The notes under the pieces: model-generated
Databases searched by the model: none
What the model saw: the letters and a program-made list of their open reading frames with translations, nothing else
What the model was told of the DNA's origin: nothing
Assembly: GCF_000734015.1 (NCBI RefSeq)
Contig: NZ_CP008796.1
Span: forward strand, 960,001 to 992,000
Origin: Thermodesulfobacterium commune DSM 2178
GTDB lineage: Bacteria > Desulfobacterota > Thermodesulfobacteria > Thermodesulfobacteriales > Thermodesulfobacteriaceae
Length of the DNA stretch: 32,000 bases
Reading direction: 5' to 3'
Part shown: piece by piece, positions 1-10,000 of the stretch
Layout of the letters: each line of letters starts with the position of its first letter
How positions within the stretch are numbered: position 1 is the first letter of the stretch
Position numbers and translations under genes: made by a program

Positions 1-173
1 TTACCCATGCCTATCTCAGAGAACATAGACTTAACTTCTGGTTTACCGTAGTCCTCCCTTCAGAAGAAACCTTACCAAACTTTATCAAAAATCTATCTGA
101 TAAATATCAAATAGAAATCAAAAGTTTTCCTATGGTAAAAAAGTTTAAGGCTAAGGCTGTTTTTACCCTCTAA
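1..173 (+). CDS. 3' end of a gene truncated by the window edge; AsnC/Lrp-fold C-terminal domain, siroheme decarboxylase (AhbA/AhbB/NirDL)-like
   Basis: Frame 3 is open from the window edge to TAA 171-173. It reads THAYLREHRLNFWFTVVLPSEETLPNFIKNLSDKYQIEIKSFPMVKKFKAKAVFTL. The H-x-Y-x-R ... N-x-WFT ... FK pattern matches my memory of the C-terminal end of Ahb/NirDL-type proteins. Only 56 codons are visible. Confidence 0.4.
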   Translation, partial: THAYLREHRLNFWFTVVLPSEETLPNFIKNLSDKYQIEIKSFPMVKKFKAKAVFTL

Positions 174-177
174 TCTT

Positions 178-1194
178 TTATTTCATCGCAGCTCCAGCCA
201 CTGTACCCATTACGCTGATAGGAACCTGCTCTTCTACCCCTTTGGCTGCTCTGTTAACACTTCTAAGGGTCTTTTTAGCCTCTACATAAAGAGAATCGTC
301 TTTTAAAAGTTTACCTAACGTCCCTTCTCCTCTTTCTATCCGTGCGGTTATGTCTTTTAGGTTGGTAGATATTTGTTTCAATTCTTTGTAGAGCCTTTCG
401 TCATTGATCAGTTTCCCTAAAGTCCCCTCTCCTTTTTCAAGTTTCTTTGAAACTTTCTCTAAATGAGCCACTGTTTGGGTAAGGGTTTTGTAAAGTTGGT
501 CGTCTTTAACCAGTTTTCCAAGGGTCCCCTGTCCGCTTTCTATTTGTCTGGCTATAGTTTTTAGATGTTCTGTGGTTTCTTTGAGGTTTACATATAAACT
601 ATCATCTGTAACCAATTTTCCTAAACTACCTTGCCCTTTCTCTATTTTAGCGGCGATACCTTTGAAACTTTCTGAGGCTTCTTTTATGTTTGCTACTAAA
701 ATCTTTAAGTTTTGTCTACCTTCCTCAGTACCTAAAAGCTCTTTTAACCCTTCTACCGTAGGTCCGATGTTAGCCAACAGATCATCCACAGAGACTGCAC
801 TGTGAGCATTGGCTATCATACTTTCAGGCTTAAGATAGTTTTTAGAAAGTCCTGGCTTTAACTCTACAAATTTATCTCCTAATACCCCATAAGTTTTTAC
901 ATAAGCCTCTGCGTCTTCCTGGACTTTGTATTTACTATAGATTAAAAGTTCTACTTTAGCCTTTCCTTCAGGGGTAAGCTCTATGTTCCCTACCTTCCCT
1001 ATATTCACCCCAGCCATCTCTATCTTGGCTCCTTTGGCAAGCCCTGAGACATTTTCAAAAACCGCATAAAGCTTATAGCTATCCTTTGGAGTAAAAGCCT
1101 CTTCTCCTAACTTAAAGGTAAGATAAAGGAGGGCTAAAATACCTATAAAAACAAAAAAACCAACTTTTATCTCAGTAGAGCCTTTTACTGCCAT
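178..1194 (-). CDS. mlaD: MlaD/MCE-family ABC transporter periplasmic component (lipid-asymmetry type transporter)
   Basis: 338-aa ORF with SD AAGGAGGTG just upstream of ATG 1194. It has an N-terminal TM anchor (VGFFVFIGILALLYL) followed by an MCE-type core (YKLYAVFENVSGLAKGAKIEMAGVNIGKVGNIEL). It lies directly downstream of mlaE-mlaF on the same strand. The C-terminal half is four 34-aa repeats. Confidence 0.85.
   Translation of the reverse strand: MAVKGSTEIKVGFFVFIGILALLYLTFKLGEEAFTPKDSYKLYAVFENVSGLAKGAKIEMAGVNIGKVGNIELTPEGKAKVELLIYSKYKVQEDAEAYVKTYGVLGDKFVELKPGLSKNYLKPESMIANAHSAVSVDDLLANIGPTVEGLKELLGTEEGRQNLKILVANIKEASESFKGIAAKIEKGQGSLGKLVTDDSLYVNLKETTEHLKTIARQIESGQGTLGKLVKDDQLYKTLTQTVAHLEKVSKKLEKGEGTLGKLINDERLYKELKQISTNLKDITARIERGEGTLGKLLKDDSLYVEAKKTLRSVNRAAKGVEEQVPISVMGTVAGAAMK
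238..645 (-). repeat. Four tandem 34-codon repeats inside mlaD (aa 184-319)
   Basis: The four units are IEKGQGSLGKLVTDDSLYVNLKETTEHLKTIARQ / IESGQGTLGKLVKDDQLYKTLTQTVAHLEKVSKK / LEKGEGTLGKLINDERLYKELKQISTNLKDITAR / IERGEGTLGKLLKDDSLYVEAKKTLRSVNRAAKG. The core G-x-G-[ST]-LGKL-x-x-D-[DE]-x-LY is conserved in all four. Confidence 0.9.
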
Positions 1195-1213
1195 GTTTTC
1201 ACCTCCTTATAGC

Positions 1214-1942
1214 CTATAATAAAGCACTTCTTAAAAAGTTCTGAATAAACTCTTCTTCTGCCTGCTTAATCTCATCAGGGGTACCAAACTTTAAGATAAT
1301 ACCCTGATGTAAAAAGGCGATATAATCTGCAAATTTTAAAGCTAAAGCTACGTCATGACTTATGATAGCACAGGTAAGCTGGTATTTTTCTTTTATGTCT
1401 TTTATGAGTTGTAAGATCGAAACCTGTAAGATAGGGTCAAGCCCGGTGGTGGGTTCATCAAAAAGAATAACCTTAGGTTTTAAAGCAAGGGTTCTAGCCA
1501 AAGCTGCCCTTTTTTTCATACCTCCTGAAAGTTCAGAGGGGAATTTATCCTTTGAGGCAAGAAGTCCTACAGCGTCTAAAAGTTCTTCTACCTGAGAATT
1601 GATTTCTTTAGCGCTTAACTTGAAATGTTCTTTTAAAGGGAAAGCCACGTTTTCTCCCACCGTCATAGAATCAAATAAAGCTCCTTCTTGGAATAAGAAG
1701 CCTATATTTCTTCTAACCTTTTGCAACTCCTTTTCCGAAAGTTTAGTAATATCCTGGTTTTCAAACCAGATCTCTCCAGCATCAGGCTTAATTAAACCTA
1801 CGATATGTTTCAAAAGAACACTTTTTCCAGTACCACTTTGTCCCATGATAAAAGTTATACAGTTTTCAGGTATAGTAAGGTCTACCCCTTTTAACACCTC
1901 AAATCCGTTAAAACTTTTTCTAAGTCCCTTGATAACTATCAT
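1214..1942 (-). CDS. mlaF: ABC transporter ATP-binding protein, MlaF-like
   Basis: Walker A GQSGTGKS, signature LSGGMKKR, Walker B VILFDEPTTGLD and H-loop ISHD are present. SD GAGGT lies upstream of ATG 1942. The gene sits between mlaE and mlaD. Confidence 0.9.
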   Translation of the reverse strand: MIVIKGLRKSFNGFEVLKGVDLTIPENCITFIMGQSGTGKSVLLKHIVGLIKPDAGEIWFENQDITKLSEKELQKVRRNIGFLFQEGALFDSMTVGENVAFPLKEHFKLSAKEINSQVEELLDAVGLLASKDKFPSELSGGMKKRAALARTLALKPKVILFDEPTTGLDPILQVSILQLIKDIKEKYQLTCAIISHDVALALKFADYIAFLHQGIILKFGTPDEIKQAEEEFIQNFLRSALL

Positions 1943-1950
1943 CTATACCT

Positions 1951-2718
1951 CTAAAAGAAAAGAGTAGTTAAGATGTAATCCATCACCAAAATACCTACGG
2001 TAGACACCACCACCGCCTCGGTAGTAGCCCTTCCAACCCCTTCAGCTCCTCCTGTTACGTTATAACCTTTATAACCACATACACTTACCAAAAAAGCTCC
2101 AAAAAAGATAGATTTTAGGATACCACTCATGATGTCTTTAAATTCTACCATGTCAGTCATCCTGGCAGTAAGTAACCCAGGGTCTATTTTTACCAAAAAA
2201 ACCCCTACCACATAACCTCCGGCGATACCAATCAAATCTGCTATGGCTGTAAGTAAGGGTAAAACTAAAATAGCAGCCCAAAGCCTTGGGCTGACGAGAT
2301 ACTGAATTGGGTTAACAGCCATTATTTTTAAAGCATCTATCTGCTCTGTAATCCTCATACTTCCAATCTCAGCACAGATAGCAGAACCCGCTCTTGCCAC
2401 CACCACGATGGCTGTAAGCACAGAACCTAACTCTCTAGTAAGGGTTAAAGCTACAGCACCACCCAAGATACTTTGAGAACCTACTTTGGAAAGAGCAATG
2501 TTAACCTGATAGGCTGTAACCATCCCAGAAAAAAGCGCGGTAAGAAATACTACCAAAAAGGACTTAACCCCTATAAATTCCATATGTTTAATTAAATGCT
2601 TGAGTCGAAAAGGGGGAGTAAAGAAATAAATCAAACTCTTTAGAAAAAAGAGGAAAATTCCCCCTGAATCTTCGAGAACCTTAAGAAAACCTCTTCCTAA
2701 GAACCTTAAGACGTTCAT
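1951..2718 (-). CDS. mlaE: MlaE/YrbE-family ABC transporter permease
   Basis: 255-aa multi-TM protein carrying the family hallmark [56 protein letters not shown]. Its start ATG overlaps the ilvD stop (ATGA at 2715-2718). Confidence 0.9.
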   Translation of the reverse strand: MNVLRFLGRGFLKVLEDSGGIFLFFLKSLIYFFTPPFRLKHLIKHMEFIGVKSFLVVFLTALFSGMVTAYQVNIALSKVGSQSILGGAVALTLTRELGSVLTAIVVVARAGSAICAEIGSMRITEQIDALKIMAVNPIQYLVSPRLWAAILVLPLLTAIADLIGIAGGYVVGVFLVKIDPGLLTARMTDMVEFKDIMSGILKSIFFGAFLVSVCGYKGYNVTGGAEGVGRATTEAVVVSTVGILVMDYILTTLFF

Positions 2719-4370
2719 TCTAATATAGCCCCTCTTGAACTTGATTGTACTAAACTATGATATTTTTTCAATACTCCTTCTAATTTTTTCTTCAAAGGTT
2801 TCCATTTCTTCTTACGTTCCTCAAGTTCCCTTTCTGAAACTTTGAGTTCAAGCTTTCTCTGGGGTATGTCTATTTCTATCAGATCTCCTTCTTTAACCAA
2901 AGCAATAGGACCTCCCTCTGCAGCCTCAGGAGACACATGTCCTATACAAGCCCCTTGGGTGCCTCCACTAAATCTTCCGTCGGTAATAAGGGCTACAGAA
3001 CCACCCAAACCCATTCCTATTATAGCTGAAGTAGGAGAAAGCATCTCCCTCATCCCAGGCCCCCCTTTAGGGCCTTCATATCTTATGACTACAACGTCAC
3101 CTTTTTTAATCTTCCCGGCTAATATAGCCTGATAGGCCTCCTCTTCAGAGTCAAAAACCCTTGCAGGACCAACATGTTTTAACATCTCAGGCAAAACGGC
3201 ACTGGTCTTAACCACCGCTCCCTCAGGGGCTAAGTTTCCATAAAGCACGGCGATACCACCCTCTTTATGGTAGGGATTTTCTACCGGTCTTATAACCTCT
3301 CTATCTAAAACCTCTACGTCCTTTAAAAGTTGTTTTAATGTTTTTCCTGAAACTGTTTTTACATCCAGGTGGATAAGGTTCAACTTGGAAAGCTCCTTTA
3401 AAACCGCTGGTATCCCTCCAGCAAAATGCAAATCCACCACGCTATGGTAACCTGCTGGGATAAGCTTAGCAAGTACCGGGGTTTTCTTAGAAATTTCATC
3501 AAACACCTTCAAATCTAAGTCTACCTTAGCTTCTCTAGCTATAGCCATAAGATGTAATACTGTGTTAGTGGAACACCCAAGTGCCATATCAACGGCTATA
3601 GCATTTTCAAAAGACTTTCTGTTGATGATCTTTCTTGGAGTAATTCCTTTTTCTACAAGCTCTACGATTTTCCTTCCTGTTTCCTTGGCTAAACGGATAC
3701 GGTCAGCAAACACGGCAGGGATGGTTCCGTTGCCTGGTAAAGCTATTCCTATAGCCTCAGACAAACAGTTCATCGAGTTAGCAGTAAACATTCCCGCACA
3801 AGAACCACAGGTAGGACAAGCACAACTCTCAAGTTCTTTTAGCTCTTCTTCTGTCATGGCTTTTTTCTGAACCTTTCCGATGGCTTCAAACACAGAAATA
3901 AGGTTAACTTTCTGACCTTTATACAGTCCTGTAAGCATGGGGCCACCTGCTATCAGGATAGAGGGAATGTTTACCCTAAAAGCTGCCATCATCATGCCAG
4001 GAGTGATTTTATCACAGCTTGTAACCAGTACCAGACCATCAAAGGCATGGGCATGGGCCATGATTTCTATAGAGTCTGCGATGATATCTCTACTCGGAAG
4101 AGAATAGCGCATTCCTTCATGGTTCATGGCAATCCCATCGCAAACCCCTATAACCCCAAACTCAACAGGCACCCCTCCTGCTTCTCTTACCCCAGCTTTA
4201 ACCGCCTCTACGATCTGTCTTAAATGTATATGCCCTGGGATGATCTCGTTAAAAGAATTAGCAATTCCTATAAGAGGCTTGTTAAGTTCGTTGTCTGTAA
4301 ACCCTAACGCTTTTAGTAAAGACCTATGGGGAGCCCTCTCTATACCTTTTTTAATCCGATCGCTTCTCAT
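2715..4370 (-). CDS. ilvD: Dihydroxy-acid dehydratase
   Basis: ILVD/EDD family pattern throughout: [66 protein letters not shown] moved the start to ATG 4370, which is preceded by GGAGGA-caac. The extra 20 codons of the tracked ORF (to 4430) have no SD and are not part of the conserved N-terminus. Confidence 0.95.
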   Translation of the reverse strand: MRSDRIKKGIERAPHRSLLKALGFTDNELNKPLIGIANSFNEIIPGHIHLRQIVEAVKAGVREAGGVPVEFGVIGVCDGIAMNHEGMRYSLPSRDIIADSIEIMAHAHAFDGLVLVTSCDKITPGMMMAAFRVNIPSILIAGGPMLTGLYKGQKVNLISVFEAIGKVQKKAMTEEELKELESCACPTCGSCAGMFTANSMNCLSEAIGIALPGNGTIPAVFADRIRLAKETGRKIVELVEKGITPRKIINRKSFENAIAVDMALGCSTNTVLHLMAIAREAKVDLDLKVFDEISKKTPVLAKLIPAGYHSVVDLHFAGGIPAVLKELSKLNLIHLDVKTVSGKTLKQLLKDVEVLDREVIRPVENPYHKEGGIAVLYGNLAPEGAVVKTSAVLPEMLKHVGPARVFDSEEEAYQAILAGKIKKGDVVVIRYEGPKGGPGMREMLSPTSAIIGMGLGGSVALITDGRFSGGTQGACIGHVSPEAAEGGPIALVKEGDLIEIDIPQRKLELKVSERELEERKKKWKPLKKKLEGVLKKYHSLVQSSSRGAILE

Positions 4371-4479
4371 GTTGTCCTCCACTATTAGTGGTATCTTTGT
4401 TATTTTATTGAAATTAAACCTTGCTGTCAAGAAAAAATGTATTAAATTTTAAGAAAAATTTTTATTAGGGGGATTTTTT

Positions 4480-4704
4480 ATGATTAAAGATGCAGTAGAA
4501 CAAGCCTTAGCTAAAGTAAGGCCTATGTTGCAGGCTGATGGTGGAGACGTAGAGCTTGTAGAGGTTACTCCAGAAGGGGTGGTAAAGGTTAGGTTAAAAG
4601 GTGCTTGTGGTTCTTGCCCCATGTCTACCATGACCCTAAAAATGGGTATCGAAAGATACTTAAAAAAAGAGGTCCCTGAGGTAACAGAAGTAGTAGCCGT
4701 TTAA
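4480..4704 (+). CDS. NifU C-terminal (Nfu-type) Fe-S cluster scaffold/carrier domain protein
   Basis: 74-aa protein reading [17 protein letters not shown]...[15 protein letters not shown]. The CxxC motif is typical of the Nfu/NifU C-terminal domain. SD GGGGGA lies upstream. Confidence 0.85.
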   Translation: MIKDAVEQALAKVRPMLQADGGDVELVEVTPEGVVKVRLKGACGSCPMSTMTLKMGIERYLKKEVPEVTEVVAV

Positions 4705-4742
4705 TTGATATTTTAAAAATAGTCTAAAAGGGGTATAAAGGT

Positions 4743-5009
4743 ATGGCCAGGGTTACGATAGAAGATTGTCTAAAAAAAGTACCAGGCAGGTTTAGATTGG
4801 TACACTTAGCCATAGAAAGGGTTAAACAATTAAAAGAAGGGGCTGAACCTCTTGTACAGGCAGACAACAAAGAGATTGTGTTAGCTCTTAGAGAAATTGC
4901 CGCGGGATTAGTTACTTTTGAAAACATAAAACAGCTTGGTAAAAAAGAAAAAACCTCCTCTCCTTACGAACTAACCGAGATCTTAAAGCAAAAAAGTTCT
5001 TCTAAATAA
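4743..5009 (+). CDS. rpoZ: DNA-directed RNA polymerase subunit omega
   Basis: [38 protein letters not shown] matches the conserved omega N-terminus (MARvTvEDc...nRF.Lv..a..Ra.ql). Confidence 0.9.
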   Translation: MARVTIEDCLKKVPGRFRLVHLAIERVKQLKEGAEPLVQADNKEIVLALREIAAGLVTFENIKQLGKKEKTSSPYELTEILKQKSSSK

Positions 5010-5017
5010 AGGAAAGA

Positions 5018-6163
5018 ATGTCTTACAAAGATTTTTATGAAATTTTAGGGGTTCCAAGAAACGCCTCTCAAGAAGAAATAAAAAGAGCTTATAGAAGACT
5101 TGCGCTCAAATATCATCCTGATAAAAACCCAGGTAATAAAGAGGCTGAGGAAAAATTTAAGGAAATTTCTGAAGCCTATCAAGTGCTTTCTGACCCTGAA
5201 AAAAGAGCTATCTATGATACTTACGGTTATTCAGGGCTTACTTCTTCTGGTCATAGAAGGTTTGAAGATGTAGGAGATATTTTCAAAACATTTTCTGACA
5301 TTTTTGAGGAGTTTTTTGGTTTTACCTTTGAAGAAAAAAGTCATACCAGACCACGAGATGGAGCTGACCTTTCATATGAAGTAGCAGTAGACTTAGAGGA
5401 CCTTTTTACAGATAAAGAAATTACGCTTGACATAGAAAAATTGGACCTATGTGAAGATTGTGGGGGATTAGGCTATAATCCTGATAAAGGTTTAAAGATT
5501 TGTGAAACCTGTAATGGTAAAGGGAAAATTGTCTACACCGAAGGATTTTTTAGGATTGCTTATGCTTGTCCAGATTGCAGAGGCAGAGGTTCTACTTATG
5601 TAGAAATCTGTAAGAAATGCAACGGGTCGGGAAGGGCTTGGAAGAAAAAGCAAATAAAGGTAGTTATCCCTGCTGGGGTAGAGGATGGGACTATTTTACG
5701 GATCTACGGCGAGGGAGAGGCTGGGCTTTATGGAGGTAGGCCAGGAGACCTTTATCTTAGGGTAAAAGTCAAACCACATCCTCTTTTTTACAGAGAAAAA
5801 TCTAATCTTATAGGAAATTTAAAGATAAACTTTGTTTCTGCAATTTTAGGAGATGAAGTTAAAGTACCCTTTTTTAAAGAAACCCTATCTGTAAAAATAC
5901 CCCCAGGGTCTCAACCAGGGGATGAACTTGTTATAGAAAATAAAGGACTTCCTGACCCTAAAACCAAGAAAAGAGGAGACCTTATCCTAAGATTACAGGT
6001 AGAGCTTCCCCATAACGTTAGCGAAGAAACAAAAAAACTTTTACAAAAGATAGCTGAAAAAGAAAAAATCGACGGTTCAACCAACAGATTAGAACCATAT
6101 CAACAGGAGAAAAAAAAGAAAAAAGAAAGTTTTTGGAAAAAGTTTATTTTTGGAAGTAGATAA
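5018..6163 (+). CDS. dnaJ: Molecular chaperone DnaJ (type I, with zinc-finger domain)
   Basis: J domain with HPD (YHPDKNP). Four CxxCxGxG motifs are present ([32 protein letters not shown]), followed by C-terminal substrate-binding domains. There is an unusual Lys-rich tail ([20 protein letters not shown]) encoded by A-runs at 6110-6124. Confidence 0.9.
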   Translation: MSYKDFYEILGVPRNASQEEIKRAYRRLALKYHPDKNPGNKEAEEKFKEISEAYQVLSDPEKRAIYDTYGYSGLTSSGHRRFEDVGDIFKTFSDIFEEFFGFTFEEKSHTRPRDGADLSYEVAVDLEDLFTDKEITLDIEKLDLCEDCGGLGYNPDKGLKICETCNGKGKIVYTEGFFRIAYACPDCRGRGSTYVEICKKCNGSGRAWKKKQIKVVIPAGVEDGTILRIYGEGEAGLYGGRPGDLYLRVKVKPHPLFYREKSNLIGNLKINFVSAILGDEVKVPFFKETLSVKIPPGSQPGDELVIENKGLPDPKTKKRGDLILRLQVELPHNVSEETKKLLQKIAEKEKIDGSTNRLEPYQQEKKKKKESFWKKFIFGSR

Positions 6164-6663
6164 TGGCTGGTTTTACCCATTTAGACTCCCAAGGCAATCT
6201 TTTTATGGTAGATGTAGGAGGAAAACCTGCGACTGAGAGAATAGCCATAGCTAAAGCTGAGGTAGTCTTTCCTGAAGAGATCTACCCTAAGGTGATATCC
6301 CAAGATATCCCTAAGGGAGATTTCTTAGCCTGTGCTAAGGTTGCAGGAATTTTAGGGGCTAAAAAGACTTCTGAGCTTATACCTCTTTGCCATCCTTTGC
6401 CCATCTCTAAGGTAGACCTTAATTTTAGGTTTATTCCTGAAAGGTATGTGCTTGAAATCGAGGGGATGGTAAAGACTGTAGGACAAACCGGGGTAGAGAT
6501 GGAGGCCTTGACCGCAGTAAGCATTGCTGCTCTTACCGTTTATGATATGTGTAAAGCCCTTGATAAGCGTATCAAAATCACCAACATCAGGTTGGTTTAT
6601 AAAACTGGTGGAAAAAGTGGTGAAGTAGTATTAGAAGAACAACCTGGAAAGGAGGATTTTTGA
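6163..6663 (+). CDS. moaC: Cyclic pyranopterin monophosphate synthase MoaC
   Basis: FTHLDSQGNLFMVDVGGKPATERIAIA and LIPLCHPLPI...GVEMEALTAVSIAALTVYDMCKA are MoaC hallmarks. The start overlaps the dnaJ stop by 1 nt (TAATG). Confidence 0.92.
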   Translation: MAGFTHLDSQGNLFMVDVGGKPATERIAIAKAEVVFPEEIYPKVISQDIPKGDFLACAKVAGILGAKKTSELIPLCHPLPISKVDLNFRFIPERYVLEIEGMVKTVGQTGVEMEALTAVSIAALTVYDMCKALDKRIKITNIRLVYKTGGKSGEVVLEEQPGKEDF

Positions 6664-7025
6664 TGGATAAGGAAAAATTAGCCATGTTCAAAGAACTTTT
6701 GCTTAAACGCCGCGAAGAAATTCTAAAGGATGTTTTAGAAACCAAAAAAGAGTTGGTGGAAGAGTATGAACCTTTAGCAGACGCCATCGATCAGGCTACA
6801 CGTGAGAGTAATCTGGCTTTTGAGTTAAGACTAAGAGACAGAGAACAAAAACTGTTAAAAAAGATAGACAAAGCCCTAAAAAAAATAGAAGATGGGACCT
6901 ATGGAATATGTGAAGCCTGCGGAGAAGAAATAGACGAAAAAAGGCTTCTTGCAAGACCTGAGGCCACCCTTTGTATTGAATGTAAAAAAGCCCAGGAAAG
7001 GATGGAAAAAATCAGAGGAGAATAA
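6663..7025 (+). CDS. dksA: DksA/TraR-family C4 zinc-finger RNA polymerase-binding protein
   Basis: The coiled-coil region carries a DxxDxA tip motif (DAIDQA). The C-terminal zinc finger is CEACGEEI...CIECK. I prefer ATG 6663 (SD GGAAAGGAGGA upstream; TGATG overlap with the moaC stop) over the TTG at 6660 used by the ORF track. Confidence 0.85.
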   Translation: MDKEKLAMFKELLLKRREEILKDVLETKKELVEEYEPLADAIDQATRESNLAFELRLRDREQKLLKKIDKALKKIEDGTYGICEACGEEIDEKRLLARPEATLCIECKKAQERMEKIRGE

Positions 7026-7041
7026 ATAATCTAAAAACTTC

Positions 7042-10000
7042 GTGAGGAATCAAGATAGATTTATCGAAATTCTTGAGGTTACACAGAATAACCTCAAGGG
7101 ATTTAGTTTAAAACTTCCTTTTTATCATCTGATAGCAGTTACCGGTGTTTCTGGGGCTGGAAAATCGAGTTTAGTTTTTGACACCCTTTTTGCCGAAGGC
7201 CAGAGACGTTATATAGAAACCTTTTCTTCGTATGTAAGACAGTTTTTCGAAAAACTCCCCAGACCTAAGGTTAAAGCTATCTTAAACATCCCCCCAGCTT
7301 TAGCCTTTCCTCAAGGAAATAGCATCAAAACTTCACGTTCTACGGTAGCTACCCTTACTGAAATTAGCCATTTTACCAAGATGCTTTATTATTACAACGG
7401 GGTCCCTTTTTGTCCTAACTGTAAAAAATACCTTCTACCTCAAACCCCACAGTCTATAGCCAAAGAGATTATCGAAAAATTTTATCAGGTACCACTCTAC
7501 CTCATAGTTCCTCAAAAACCGCAAGAAAGCTTTGAGCACCTCAAAGAAGGTCTACTTGCTGCAGGATTTTCAAGGGTCTTTTTAGATGGGAAGGTATGTG
7601 AAATAGACGAGATAGAAAAAGTCCCTGAAGAAATAGAATTAGTCATACATAGACTTAAGCCTACGGAAAAAGACCTCTTTGATCTTATATCCTCTTTAGA
7701 ACTCGGTTTTAAACTTTCTCCCTGGATCAAAGTTAGAACTATTTATGGAGAAGAGGCATATTATACCCAAGAAAAAAACTGTCCTCAGTGTGGACTTAAA
7801 ATACCCGAAAAAACCCCCAATTTATTCTCGTTTAACAGCTCGTTAGGGGCTTGCCCTGAATGCAAAGGGTTTGGAAACCTGTTAGTCTTAGACTTTGAGG
7901 CCTTGGTAAAACATCCAGAAAAACCTGCAACCAAAGGCGCTATCCCTATCCTTGATTTTCCTTTTTTGTTTGAGGTAAAACTGGACCTGATAGAGTTTTT
8001 AAGGACTAAAAACATAAACTTAAACCTTCCCTTTAAAGACCTCCCTGAAGAAATTAAGCAAAAAATCTTTTGGGGCGAAGGGGATTGGTACGGACTGAAA
8101 GAGCTTATAGACTGGCTTGAAAGTAAACGTTATAAACCCCATATAAGGATCCTTCTTTCAAAACTAAGAAGAGAAGTAAGCTGTCCTGTATGTAAAGGAA
8201 CCAGGTTTAACCCTCAAGCCTTGATGTTTTATGTCAACGGGTTAAACATCGGAGATTTTTACAGTTTAGAAATTAAAGAAGCGGTTAAGTTTATTCAAAA
8301 CTTTTTAGAACAAAAACCTCAGCCTGCGGAAGAGAGGCTGGCTAAAGAAATATTAAAACGTCTCTCCTATCTTGAAGAAGTAGGGCTTTCCTACCTTACC
8401 CTTAACCGAGCAAGCAAAACCCTTTCTGGTGGAGAAACCAGCAGATGTCTTCTAACAAGAGCTCTTTCCTCTAACTTAGTAGAAACCCTTTACTTGATAG
8501 ATGAGCCAACTACTGGACTTCATCCCAGAGATACCCAAAAAGTGTTAAAACTTCTTGAAAGATTGGTTTCTCAAAAAAACACTGTGGTGGTAGTAGAACA
8601 CGATCCAGAGATCATTACTCAAGCGGACCTTTTGATAGACTTAGGTCCAGAGGGAGGGGAAAAAGGAGGTCATCTATTATTTTTTGGACCTCCAAAAAAT
8701 ATTTTTAACACAAATACTCCTACAGCTGAAGCTTTAACCGAGATAAGCCAAAAAAGAACCTATTCTTTAACCCACTTTCAACCCTCAGGTTTTATCAGAT
8801 TTTATGGAGCTAAGAAAAACAACCTAAAAGGATTCTCTTTTTCTCTTCCGCTAAAAGCGATTACCTGCATAGTAGGGGTATCAGGGTCTGGTAAGTCTAC
8901 CCTTTTAGAAGATATAATTTATCAAGGCCTGGTCGACGCAAAGAATAAACATCCTTTAAAAACCTGTGAAAAGATCGAGGGAGTCAACCGGATCGACCAG
9001 GTGTTATACCTTACTCAGGAACCACTGGCTCGGTCCCCTCGCTCGGTAGTAGCAACCTATTTAGACATCATGGTATATTTAAGGAAGCTTCTTGCAAGTA
9101 CTAATACCGCAAAAAGTTTGGGATATACTGAAACTTGGTTTTCTTTTAACTCAGAACATGCCCAGTGTCCTGCATGCAAAGGTCTTGGTTTTGAGATAAT
9201 AGAGATGCAATTTTTATCAGACCTAACCATCCCCTGTGAGGTTTGTAAGGGGACCCGATTTAGGGAAGAGATTTTAGAAGTCAGATGGAGAGGGAAAAAC
9301 ATCGCTGAAATGTTAGACCTTACCGTAGAACAGGCTTTAGAGTTCTTCTCAGGACATACACCTCTCAAAAAAACCCTCACCCTCTTAAAAAATCTTGGGA
9401 TAGGATATCTCAAACTGGGGCAACCCCTTTCTACTCTTTCGGGAGGAGAAGCCCAAAGACTAAAAATAGCGGAATTACTCTCGAAAATAAAAGGAGAAAA
9501 ATGTCTAATCCTTCTTGATGAACCCACGGTGGGCCTTCATCTAAAAGATATAGAAAAACTGATTTCTTCTTTAAACTACTTAAAAAGCTTAGGGCACACG
9601 GTGGTAATAGTAGAACATCATCCCGAAGTTATCTTAAACTCTGATTGGATACTGGAGCTTGGTCCTGGGGGCGGAGAAGAGGGAGGAGAACTTCTTTTCC
9701 AAGGGCCCTTTTCTGAGTTTATCAAAAATCCAGAAGTACAGACTCAAACCTCTGTTTATCTAACAGAATATCTCGATGGCCTAAACCTTAAAGATAAAGC
9801 CGAAGCCCCCAAAAACTATCGCTACGACGAAGATCTTATAAAACTCAGAGGGATTAGGCATCATAACTTAAAAAACATAGACTTAAACCTACCAAGGAAA
9901 CAGTTGATAGTAATCACCGGGGTTTCTGGTTCTGGAAAATCTACCCTTGCGTTTGATGTGGTGTTTGCGGAAGGGCAAAGAAGATTTTTAGAAACTTTAC

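Noticed and set aside
4371-4430. 20-codon N-terminal extension of the ilvD ORF ([20 protein letters not shown]) as given in the ORF track
   Set aside because: The conserved IlvD N-terminus begins at [12 protein letters not shown] 4370 has a GGAGGA SD 4 nt upstream, whereas ATG 4430 has none. The extension is most likely untranslated 5' leader.
572-4631. Antisense or shadow ORFs opposite mlaD, mlaF, mlaE, ilvD and nfu (572-805, 1362-1595, 1599-1967, 2842-3132, 3562-3870, 4126-4452 on plus; 4449-4631 on minus)
   Set aside because: All lie entirely within well-supported genes on the other strand. They have low-complexity S/P/L-rich translations, no SD and no recognisable motifs, as expected for open antisense frames.
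6660-6662. TTG start for dksA used by the ORF track
   Set aside because: An ATG follows immediately at 6663 with better spacing to the GGAAAGGAGGA SD, and it gives a TGATG stop/start overlap with moaC. The one-codon difference has no functional consequence.
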